Notes under the pieces: generated by a model
Database searches by the model: none
What the model saw: the letters and a program-made list of their open reading frames with translations, nothing else
What the model was told of the DNA's origin: nothing
Origin: Histomonas meleagridis 2922-C6/04-290x
Lineage: Eukaryota > Protista > Parabasalia
Assembly: GCA_020184695.1 (NCBI GenBank)
Contig: JAANOX010000237.1
Location: 124,001-188,000, forward strand
Direction of reading: 5' to 3'
Length of the DNA: 64,000 nucleotides
Translations under genes and position numbers: made by a program
In this document: positions 12,301 through 22,000 of the stretch, one piece after another
Layout of the letters: every line of letters starts with the position of its first letter
Numbering within the stretch: position 1 is the stretch's first letter

Positions 12301-13441
12301 CTTGTTCTACAAATGGTAAATCAAATATAGTATCTATAGCTTCTGTTAATGTTAATGATGAATATAATACAAGTTGATAATCAGAGATCTTTTTATCAAC
12401 ATTAAAAAAATCGGGTGTTTTATAAAATATATTAATATGTCTTTTTTCATTCCATAATAAAAAATGTCGAATTAAGAAATTCGCAAATATAAAGAGAATT
12501 AATGGAGAATAAAAAATAAAATTAATACTAAACTTATGTAATGATGTAATATCTAATATAGAAAGAATCCCATTATAAAATAATAAAACTCCAAAACTGC
12601 CAAAGACTGATGATGATGATATAGATATATAACAATGTCTTAATGAGTTAATTATTATATATAGCCCAAAAACTAATGAGAAAAAAATATTAATTGAACC
12701 TGATATCGGCTCTTGAAATAAAAAATATGAAATATTCGTGATAGCTGTTAATATTGTCGTCAATGTATGAAGTGATACTATCGGATATAATATTGTATAC
12801 GCACCATGTAAATAATGCATAGATGCATGGATTAATTGTTGGAAAATATAATAAATAATAAGGATTAAAACACAATGAATAAACTCAAAAACAAACAGAA
12901 ATATGACACTGGTACTGGTGCGATCAAATATTAGGTAAAAAAAGATATTGATGGTAGAATTAAGTATAATAATAGAAATAATCGGTGGTAATGATAATAC
13001 AAATATCCCTATGATACATTGAAATGCACCTGTGATAAATTTACGCTTATAAACTATGTAATATCCTATAAAAAATAATATGATAGAAACTGAAGATAAA
13101 ATTGAATATAATAGAATAAAACCAGTCTGAGAGCTGCGTCCAGAAAAATTGGTTCGAACATTAATGGAGGTTAAATAATATAATGCATTTTCAATTAATC
13201 CACTTGATTCTTGTGGCCTTCCACGTACAATTGGGCCATCAAATGCTATTAAATAGGTTTGTATCAAAAATATAAATTGACATATATATGTGAAGGTTTC
13301 TGTATGTGCAAATAACGGAATCGTTTTATAATACAAACGAAAAAGTCTGTCTTGCGCAGGCGTAAATTCTTTGGAGTGGATCGAAGATTCAGCTGTAAAC
13401 CCATCTTTAATCAGATAAGAGGAGAAGTCTTCGGCCCGCAT
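9320..13441 (-). CDS. Multi-pass membrane protein, TmcB-like, with PAS-like and degenerate nucleotide-cyclase-like C-terminus
   Basis: 1373-aa ORF with several TM clusters. PAS-like segment LGLPSAVIKNNIILYVNHQW. Terminal VEGDAFDK resembles the class III cyclase VWGDTVN motif. Confidence 0.6.
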   Translation of the reverse strand: MRAEDFSSYLIKDGFTAESSIHSKEFTPAQDRLFRLYYKTIPLFAHTETFTYICQFIFLIQTYLIAFDGPIVRGRPQESSGLIENALYYLTSINVRTNFSGRSSQTGFILLYSILSSVSIILFFIGYYIVYKRKFITGAFQCIIGIFVLSLPPIISIIILNSTINIFFYLIFDRTSTSVIFLFVFEFIHCVLILIIYYIFQQLIHASMHYLHGAYTILYPIVSLHTLTTILTAITNISYFLFQEPISGSINIFFSLVFGLYIIINSLRHCYISISSSSVFGSFGVLLFYNGILSILDITSLHKFSINFIFYSPLILFIFANFLIRHFLLWNEKRHINIFYKTPDFFNVDKKISDYQLVLYSSLTLTEAIDTIFDLPFVEQVLIYKRPKWVISTILHLASIANCSSPKISQMMSMINSQKSSIYTNYIKFQAVILSYGLVRQSFPNNFKKYANNVESILIEYQKISKTFFSMINPDSIKESTKIMKRLATIAYSISDNVKYIYFYLPNSSSAIRLYAKYFLIIHDDEDSYEYYNQIAKDIEKGRILFVNYHIFYILDLYPKLKTKISCSNNTNEEFHLFLNENIDEDLKQKIKQRKKQLNLDETTKSIIQKNKKKIIITFGILYFLQVAFLIIFIFYSFSILLTKQSLILNFLDFTKTFLNISDSFNDLILVPNYGIKNSTYHDSNEVQDSIVKENSYQLIEQLFTLYIRYPSFQHYFGWIYEPIENVPFFKDISCIYEIFYTFLRTVYLPIRYDNHSDIPQSNQINLISQYIGHAFIQSFELFNNSALSFIKSTQEGIVNGYCYSLFQVLVCFILFFVFYIFFHINLSLIIKEFPKTNHKNISQTNEDLNHLITSLSYKSKYGYFRHFIIIILLMIIIFGLLIPSVIIATEHYTQHFVDGISSHFVTVFIHTYSSTYLIISTLRYYSQTHEIFDINYLNERLDVCKEFFLDNINNSFLFHEISNLQFYSFIYRGLKQFQEDELIFLDRKTLIEMNSLYIDYIMPDYYNNIEITYQQLATEISNESITNLFIYHMFIVFLEIAFAFIISYFMRLQRDILFINNIREQYSKYLFGKTNKYFGYLLDKSNISLYSGFNTHFYLDRIGLPSAVIKNNIILYVNHQWSITHWRSPEYIIGRNIQSFLENYQDNIKIIDISNDQKLVILTKDELIEECKEKIKNLEKKINNLRSTVFPRKLFKTTVSYFNNYFIFSSVFFTPTQEEINLEGWKNDIQKVENQIYLQSNENKEIYVFHTSARETFIWFNSGNYSPQFLTVVAMNYMANLLRWIIETKWESNEINVSIIMVGGDNAVVDVSNIANIKVEGDAFDKLMILRQYADYNAITIDALMEDYLEKAKIGIEFIEVENGIYQFKCFE

Positions 13442-14326
13442 CCTCGGTCAGGAAATTGTTGTAATCTTCTGAAAAAGTCCAGAATTTTCATCATTTTTTA
13501 TTTAGTTTTGAATGTCAGACGTTATATTGATAATAACCTTTACACCGCCACTTTTACCATCAGTTTCCTTTTCAAAATTTTGGAATATTTTCTCAAAATT
13601 TTTTGACAGCAGGTTTTGTGAAAAATAAACTCATTTAAGGGAACAAACGGTAACGTTTTTGGCTTGAGTAAACTCATTAAAAAGTCGAAATAAATCATTG
13701 AATTATAATTTTTTCTTTTATAAGCTTAGATCGTGTTGAATGGTCTAATGATTTGGAATGTGTGACCCAACAAGAACTCTCAGCAAACCACAAAATTTGG
13801 AGGCGTATTTATTTTGACAAAATAAATTGATAATTTTTGGAACTGAAAATAAAGTGTTTTTACAATGCACTCATCTTCCTTGTTTCAAGGCTATACCAGT
13901 ATGCGCAGTCAGCACAAAGCGCAATGTAAAGCAATCCCCTTTCTTTCATTAAAATGACTTTTAAATTGATATTTGGTCATGCCAATTTTTGCAAATAAAG
14001 TTTCAACCTTCTCTGATTGAGTTTAAGAAACCTAACTAAAAGAAAAATCACGACAGTTGTCATCTCTTTATTTTGGCATTTGAAAATTTCTTAGTTTTTT
14101 ATTAATATGAATTAAATTCACAAAAAAATATTTTTAATACATACATTACTGTTTGCGGTCATGGTTTTCAGAAATCATATTAATTAACAAATTAATCTTC
14201 AAATTGCTTTGCAAAGAAGATGAAACGTTTGGAGAAAAATCGTTTACTCTGAAAAAGTATTGACGATACATTGAATGTTCTATCGTCCAACTCAAATGAA
14301 AAAATTAAACGTAAAGAAGTTTCTCT

Positions 14327-15427
14327 TTAGTTTTCAGCGTACCATTTGAGCATCTTTTCGACACCTTCGTCAATTTCGATCTTGTGATGCCATCCAAGGT
14401 TATGAAGTTTGGTTACATCAGTAAGTTTTCTCATTGTTCCATCAGGTTTTTCAGGGTTGAAGTAAAGCTTTCCTTTGAATCCAACTTTTTCCTTGATCAA
14501 CTCTGCAACACCAGCGATTGTGATTTCTTTTCCAGTTCCAATGTTGATGTGGCAATTTCTTATTTCCTTATCGCCAGGTTGGTAAGTATCCTTGAAGTTG
14601 ACGTGTTCCATGATGTAAACACAAGCATCGGCCATTTCTTCACTCCAAAGGAACTCTCTGAGTGGTTTTCCAGTTCCCCAGATTTCAACTTGTCCATTGG
14701 TAATTCCATATTTAGAAAGTTTTTCACGGATTAAAGATTCCTCAGCATCTCCATTAACGCCTTCTACTGGGCGCTTGTTGAAATCACGACGGATTTCATT
14801 CCAATTATTATCTTCAAGTTGCTTGGCAAGATAAATCTTGCGGATAAGAGCTGGGAGAACGTGGCTACGCTCAAGATCGAAGTTATCGTTTGGACCATAG
14901 AGATTTGTTGGCATAACAGCAATGTAATTTGTTCCGTATTGGATGTTGAAACTTTCACACATCTTAAGTCCTGCAATCTTGGAGATAGCATATGGTTCGT
15001 TGGTGTACTCAAGAGGACAGGTGAGAAGATATTCTTCGCGGATTGGTTGTGGGCAATCACGTGGGTAAATGCATGTGCTTCCCAAGAAAAGAAGCTTCTT
15101 GACATTGTGGCGGAATGATTCGCCAATGACATTGACTTCAATAGCAAGATTTCTGTATACAAAATCTGCACGATAAACAAAGTTGGCTTGAATGCCTCCA
15201 ACATGTGCGGCAGCAAGGAAAACATACTCTGGTTGTTCTTCATCAAAGAACTTCTTTACTGCAACAGCGTCCATTAAATCAAGTTCTTGATGTGTGCGAC
15301 CAACAAGATTTGTGTAACCACGGGCAAGAAGGTTCTTCCAAATTGCGGATCCAACAAGACCACGGTGTCCTGCAACATAAATCTTGGCATTTTTGTTCTC
15401 AGGAAGGCTCATGTTCACAAGTGCCAC
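14327..15427 (-). CDS. fcl: GDP-L-fucose synthase (WcaG/Fcl), Bacteroidetes-like
   Basis: GHRGLVGSA Rossmann motif, FLGSTCIYP, catalytic YAISK, MPTNLYGPNDNF, WGTGKPLREFL, KPDGTMRK. Start may be the second Met (15412). Confidence 0.95.
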   Translation of the reverse strand: MALVNMSLPENKNAKIYVAGHRGLVGSAIWKNLLARGYTNLVGRTHQELDLMDAVAVKKFFDEEQPEYVFLAAAHVGGIQANFVYRADFVYRNLAIEVNVIGESFRHNVKKLLFLGSTCIYPRDCPQPIREEYLLTCPLEYTNEPYAISKIAGLKMCESFNIQYGTNYIAVMPTNLYGPNDNFDLERSHVLPALIRKIYLAKQLEDNNWNEIRRDFNKRPVEGVNGDAEESLIREKLSKYGITNGQVEIWGTGKPLREFLWSEEMADACVYIMEHVNFKDTYQPGDKEIRNCHINIGTGKEITIAGVAELIKEKVGFKGKLYFNPEKPDGTMRKLTDVTKLHNLGWHHKIEIDEGVEKMLKWYAEN

Positions 15428-15682
15428 TTTTCACTCAATTTGGTAACATTACATAACTGAAAAAGTAGAAAGCTATTTGCCACAATCAAACCGGAATTAA
15501 CCTTAGTCAAATAATGATGACATCACGTCACTGCAATCGATAAGACAATTGAAAATTCATATAAAAGTGATAGTGTCATCTTATGTTCTATAATGGGCTT
15601 CATAAGCTTAAGATTATGCAACAACAAACAGAATAATGGAACAACCACAGAGAGGATATATTATACAATGAAGAAAAAATAG

Positions 15683-15702
15683 GGAATAGGAATTCCTATT
15701 CC
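15683..15702. repeat. Perfect 20-bp palindrome GGAATAGGAATTCCTATTCC
   Basis: Read directly, in the intergenic region between the Rab 3' end and the fcl 5' end. Confidence 0.85.
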
Positions 15703-15997
15703 TCATCACTGAAGTGATGATACAAATTCAATTTTTTTTGAGTAAAAATGTTGAAATTTACACATGCAATGACCCCATTTCGAAGCACTTCTTTTTCCCA
15801 GAATTGTTATCTTATGAAAAAATTGTTATGGTGTAAAAAGACGTTAAGACATGCACTTTTTTCTAAAAAATTTATTTTCATATTGATGTGATTTTCAGAT
15901 AAAAACCCATACAGAGACAAAATTCATAAAACTCATAGCCGATGAGAGTATGAATATAATAAAATAAGATAAACGGCATTGTTGCTTTAACAATTGA

Positions 15998-16681
15998 TTA
16001 GCAATTGGAACCCTTCTTTTCATGTGTCTTTTTAGGCTTAGGGGTTGGATCTACATTTGTTACTGTGGGAGTATTTTTGTCATGCACAATTCTTCCTACT
16101 GTTGTGAATAAATCTTCAATTCCTTCACCAGTTTTTGCACTAACTTCACTGAACATAGCATCGATGCTTTTCGCCAATTCAGCTCCTGATTCGGTTGAAA
16201 TTACTCTTTCATCAACTTTATCCTTTTTATTTGCAACTAAAAATAATTGAAGACTATCGAAATTACAATTTTGTTTAAGGGACTGAATCCAATTGTTAAT
16301 GTCATCAAAAGAGTCTTGGCTGTCAATAGAGTATACTAAAATAGCAACAGATGCGCCATGATAGTACATTGGTGTCATACCTCTATAACGCTCTTGGCCA
16401 GCTGTATCCCATATTTGTAGTGTAGCAATGGTGGTTTCATCATTTTTAACATTTAAAGAAAAATATGTTCCACCTAAAGTCGAGGATGACGTTTGGCTGA
16501 AAGTGCCATTGATTGCTCTTTGAAGAATACACGTCTTTCCAACGCTCGCCTGACCGACAATAACTACCTTTGCCTCTGTCGTCGATGGGCTTTCTTTGCT
16601 CATTTTGTTTGGGTAAATATTGAGTGCAAATTTGACTTTTGTAAGAAAATGTGTAATTTCTATCGGCAGTATGAAACACAT
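15998..16681 (-). CDS. Rab-family small GTPase
   Basis: GQASVGKT (G1), WDTAGQERY (G3), NKKD (G4), EVSAK (G5), C-terminal Cys. True start probably MSKESP (16603). Confidence 0.95.
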   Translation of the reverse strand: MCFILPIEITHFLTKVKFALNIYPNKMSKESPSTTEAKVVIVGQASVGKTCILQRAINGTFSQTSSSTLGGTYFSLNVKNDETTIATLQIWDTAGQERYRGMTPMYYHGASVAILVYSIDSQDSFDDINNWIQSLKQNCNFDSLQLFLVANKKDKVDERVISTESGAELAKSIDAMFSEVSAKTGEGIEDLFTTVGRIVHDKNTPTVTNVDPTPKPKKTHEKKGSNC

Positions 16682-16998
16682 AAAAAACCTTCACTTTAAT
16701 AGTTATCTTCATTAAGGGAAATTAATCATAATGATTTTTTTAGTTTTTGTAACATAAGTGTTCTTCCAATAAGATAAATAGAATATTTTTCTCCATTCAT
16801 AGATTTATTGAAATTAGAAAATTGCATTTCAAATAACATTTTTTCTACTTTTGAGAAAAATCTTTATGTTTTTCATTCTGAATAACATAGAGAAAATGAG
16901 AGTAACCTTTAATATTCGAACTTTTTTTGGATGCGAATAAACAAACAAACACTGTCAATTTGTTTATTTGGCTGGAAGGTTTGTAAAAAATTTACAGA

Positions 16999-17616
16999 AT
17001 GAATAAGGATATCCAGATAATTTATGTGAATAAATCAATATCAAAAATATCTAATGTACCAGTTAAAGCAACAATTCGAAATGTAAAACAAATGGTCGCA
17101 AAAATTAATTCTATTCAATCTATTGAAAGCATTCATATTATTTTTAATGGAATAATTTTGTCTAACAAAACTACTTTATCAGAGCTTTCACAAGATACAA
17201 GAATATTGACATTATATGCTAAAGGTATTCCAAATAGATTAAAATCAATAAAGTCACAGCCAACACACAAAAGAAAAATAAAGCTTTCCAAAATTTATAA
17301 TCTTACTAAGTTCATAGTTTTTACTGTTTTAATAATTGAAGCATTGCTTTTGTTTATTGGATTAGTTAATCCCAAATATTTATTACTTCCAAAGGATAAT
17401 ATTAAACTAACAATTTCCACTTCAGCCATTATTAAAACTTATGTTTTTCAAAGTGTAATTCTTCTTTTTTCTCTTTGGATATTTAAATTATTTACCCAAG
17501 AAAGAAAGTTAGTTTCGAAGTGTATTGTTTACTTCTTAAAACTACTGTCTCCTTTCTGGGATATGGATAAATTCAAACAAGAAAATAACATTCAAGAAAA
17601 TAATAATCAACAATAA
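16999..17616 (+). CDS. Ubiquitin-like domain protein with two predicted TM helices
   Basis: N-terminal Ubl-like pattern (TIRNVKQMV...IHIIFNGIILSNKTTLSEL) followed by two hydrophobic segments. Confidence 0.65.
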   Translation: MNKDIQIIYVNKSISKISNVPVKATIRNVKQMVAKINSIQSIESIHIIFNGIILSNKTTLSELSQDTRILTLYAKGIPNRLKSIKSQPTHKRKIKLSKIYNLTKFIVFTVLIIEALLLFIGLVNPKYLLLPKDNIKLTISTSAIIKTYVFQSVILLFSLWIFKLFTQERKLVSKCIVYFLKLLSPFWDMDKFKQENNIQENNNQQ

Positions 17617-17890
17617 TTTTAACATAAAATTTTTACGATATTCCTTGAAGCGCCTATGGGGTGCAAGGCAAGTCTGGTGTATTTTAACTTTAAAATTTCT
17701 TCTTTTTGAAATTTTTAGCTCGTCACTTAAACGGTCTTCGATTTTCGTTTCAAAGCTTCAAATCGGTGTGGCGCGTCAACAATTTCATCATAACCATGTA
17801 GAGATGCACACACAATTGCCATGTTAAATAATATGAATATTTTCCAAATGCTATTTTTAAATATAAAAATAATGAAATAAACTTTATAAC

Positions 17891-18760
17891 TTATAAATAA
17901 ATATTTCTTATATCTTCTCGTTCAAGAAGCATTTGAACTATTTTTGTATGACCATTTAATGATGGTAAAATAAGTGCTGTTTCAAATAATTTAAATAATT
18001 TCCAAATATTATTTTGAAATATGAAATTATAAAAAGAAATTTTAAATAAAACAAATAAATATTTTAAGCATTAACATCAAACCCTTCTTGTTCAAGAAGT
18101 AATTTAACTATTTCTGTATGACCATTCCAAGATGCTTCTATAAGTGCTGTATTAAATATTTTAAATAATTTCCAAATATTATTTTGAAAAATCAAATTAT
18201 TAAAATAAATTTTAATTAAAATAAATAAATATCTTTAGCATTAATATCAATTTTTTCTTGTTTAAGAAGTAATTTAACGATTTCTGTATATACATTTTTT
18301 GAAGCATTTGTAAGAACTACAAATATTTTGAAAAAAATTTTTAAAATTTTTATGAAACAATAAAACACTTTAATAAAAATCCAATCAAATAAACAAATAA
18401 TCTTGCTTAAATCGATAGATATATATCTATTGTTAATTAAATAGTTAGAAAGTTCTACATTTCCTGAAAAACCCGAAATTTTCAAAAAATCAATTGGAAT
18501 ATGATTATCGAAGCAATGATAATATTTTTATTCATCTCCATTCCTCTTTCAATCAAAAATGAAAGAATATCAAAATTACAACAAAAAATACATTTTTCTC
18601 CTAATTTTTCTAAATCATTAACCATTTCGATTTTATTCTTAGATAAATATTTAAAGATATTATTTCGATGAAATTCAATTGCAATTTCATATGTACTTTC
18701 GAATGATGAATGATTTTGTTCACACAAATGAATAATTTCTTCATTTCCATCTACATTTTT
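17891..18760 (-). pseudogene. Degenerate DUF3447-ankyrin paralogue (locus B)
   Basis: Fragments EEIIHLCEQNHSSFESTYEIAIEFHRNDIF and GNVELSNYL match the paralogues. Ankyrin unit at 18061-18150 has an in-frame TAA (NA*N). 5' half is missing. Confidence 0.8.
17981..18230 (-). other. Two arrays of 4 x (17-nt interruption + 1 codon) in locus B
   Basis: 18151-18230 retains K-D-G-N; 17981-18060 retains K-H-G-E. Each array is exactly 80 nt. Confidence 0.9.
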
Positions 18761-19044
18761 CTTGTTGAAATATCATACGAATATAATTTATAAATAATAA
18801 ATATTTACAGAGATATTCATAATATTAATACTCTATTTTCAATACATATCTGGTCGGACCCTTAAAAAGTTGGTAGGTTTGAGCGCTTGGCAGAAAGGTC
18901 AAAGAAACTTTTTCAGATGTTTTCTGAGTGAAAACGATCGTCAACCGTATCAAAAAGATTATGAAAACATTTATCGTATTATTTCTATTTTTTAACATTA
19001 GCAGCTTAAAATAGCAAATATAAAATCAAAAATATAAACAATTT

Positions 19045-22000
19045 TTATTCATTTTCCACATTTTTAAATTTTTTAATTTGGTCCAAAAGTTCTTCTGTCA
19101 ATTTATATTCCTTTTCAAATTCTCCCGCATTTCTGTACAATTTTATTGTCACAATTCTTTGGTACAAATCAAATGGCACGTTCATATTATCCAGCCATAA
19201 CTTATTTAAGTTTAGGAATGTTCTTTGTCTTAAAATCTCACCGAAAATTATCAAGAACATGAAATATAACAATACAGGAATAGAATTTCCCCAATAAGTT
19301 TGGCTATCGTCAATATAATCTTTCGAGTGAAACAACACGTTGAACTCATTTTCACTTCTACCTATCAAATTCAACACCTCATTTTTATCTAAGTTAAATC
19401 TCCACAAATTATTACGATATCTCAATGAAAAATTTGTATCAAATGCTTGGTAATTAATTTCATTTGAATCCTCCACGTAAAAATAAAATGGAATTTCCAA
19501 TGGCATTCTCAACGTTTCATTTGAGTACAAGTAAGAATTCAACAAATTTAATTTTTGTGAATTAGATAGTTTCAAACCATTGATATTTATCGGTGAAATT
19601 ATCGAAGTTTGAATCTTATCATTAATTTTAAACTCGAAAGTAAACTTCAAATATGGCTCAATGTTCATATTCTCATTTCTCAAAGAATTTTCGAAGAACT
19701 CAATTCCATTTTCATTCAAGTTAAACTCATTCAACGAAAAAGTATTAAAAGATATAATATATATTGAGTCATGTAACAATTGTGTAGTTAATAATTCATA
19801 TTGTGGGTCATTATTTAATTCGAACAATGCTTGGAATTCATCTTCAGTAATGTGTCTTGAGTTTGAATTTGAAATTATGAACAAAGGAAAATTGGAAAAT
19901 CCAATTTCTAATTTTGTTGTATGCAAAGGTATTTGTGCATGATTAATATCGATATAAAACACGAAACCGAAAGAAGTTATTAATAGAACGAAAAATATTA
20001 TAATTATTATGATACATATTATTGGGTTTCTTTTCTTAATTCCTTCTTTTTGTTCATTATTTTTACGGATTCTACAACAAATTATAAATTCTAATTCACG
20101 TGATAACTCTTGTATTAAGTTAAAGTTATTTAATGATACTAAAGTTTTCTTACCAGCCCATAATAATAATGAATGAAACTCTAAAAGTATTGGGAAGAAT
20201 CGTAATATATAATTTGAGATTATTATATATGAATAATTTTGGATGAATGAAGGCTTTTGATATGATGTACAAATTCGACCTTTTTTACATTTATGTGCAG
20301 AAATAATATGTACAATGAAACGAATTAATATGAAAAAGATTAATGAATTAGGAAATCGTGGGAATGTCTTTAAATAAAAAAAGATTACTACTAATGTAGT
20401 TAACATATATATTAATTGTATCCAATAAAAGATAAAAATATGATCATTTAAACAACAATAATAATGTATGATCATATATAAGATATGAATTGTTAAAACA
20501 ATGAAAAATGATAATGTAAATCTAAAAAATGGTAAATTTTCCCAATTAGACCAATATAAAAATAAAATGATTAATGAGATTAAATCAAAGATAAATAATA
20601 ATGTATGATGATTACTTTCACATAATCCAAATTTACGCATCGATTTCTTTATCAGATGAAAAGCTGAATATTGTTGTGGTATATTCATTCCTAAATTATA
20701 TTCTGATTGATCCATAATACCATAACAATAACCATCAGGGAAATCAGGTAAAATCTTTTTAAACTTTTGATAATAATATGAAGGATTAAATAAATTCGAT
20801 GATCGTAACTTATTAATTACATAAAATATTGTTGCTAAATATAAAAAGATTTCAATTGCAATACTTTTTTGTGGTTCAAGTCCAATTAAACTTAATGGTG
20901 ATATTAAATATTGTGACGTCATACTATTCACTTCTTGAAACTTTTCTTCCATTAATTCGACTTTAGAAGCAGCTCTTAAACATAATATAATCGATATAAA
21001 CGCATAAAAGATTCGTGTGAAATTTGGAAGTTCTCGAATTTCTAATGAACAAAATCCATAAATAACAAAACATAATATTAAGACTGCAAATACATAAGGT
21101 CGTACAAATGCATAAATGATTGATATTAATAATAAAAAAGGTAATGATATTTCTCGTAAAAACATTGCGAAATATCGAATTAAATATTTAACAAAATCTT
21201 TATCATCAAAGAATTTAAAATCTACTAAATAACCTAATGATGTAAATTGGATTTTAAAAGATGGAGGTAAAGATAATAAAAATTCTTTTTCTCGATTTTC
21301 TAATTCGAAATCTTTTCCATGTTCATGACAATGTAAATATTTTCTCATTAATAATGTTAATGATTCTAATGTTAATACATTAATACCTGCTTCATCATTT
21401 ATTGGTAAAGTTTCTGCTAAAAATAATATGAACTTATTTAAGATAATATATATATATTGTCGATAAAAGTTATGATACCATTTATTTGAATTTTCGGTGT
21501 TTTTATTCGATTCTTTAATAATTGATTCTGATATTTGGAAATTATTGGAATCTAATGTCGAAATTTCTTGTTTATGTCGTTGATAAATAATTTCTTGATC
21601 TAATTGATCAATAATTCGTAATTCTCGTTCACGAATATAATGATATGCCATTCTTTTGGTTTTTTCGATTGATATTTCTTCATAAATTTTAGAGCTCATA
21701 ATTTTAACACATATTTTATGTAATAAAAAGATGATACACCACATATAACCTTGTTTAGAATCACCTTCAAAAGGTAAATCGAAAAATACTTTAACTCGTT
21801 CTCCTTGTGCTAATGAAATAAATATTGGCATTCTACTTAATAATTGGAAAGCTAATTTTAAATATGAATAAGAATTGATTACTATTAATGTAATATTTTT
21901 TGGTTTATCGAATAATAAATTTAAGAAAAACAAAAATGAAATTGCAATATGAAATATTAATCCATCAATCGAAGTTAATAAAGAAGAAATAATAATAATT

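Noticed and set aside
18320-18400. Additional array in locus B
   Set aside because: It is 81 nt and does not parse cleanly into 17+3 units; counted only as a degraded relic.
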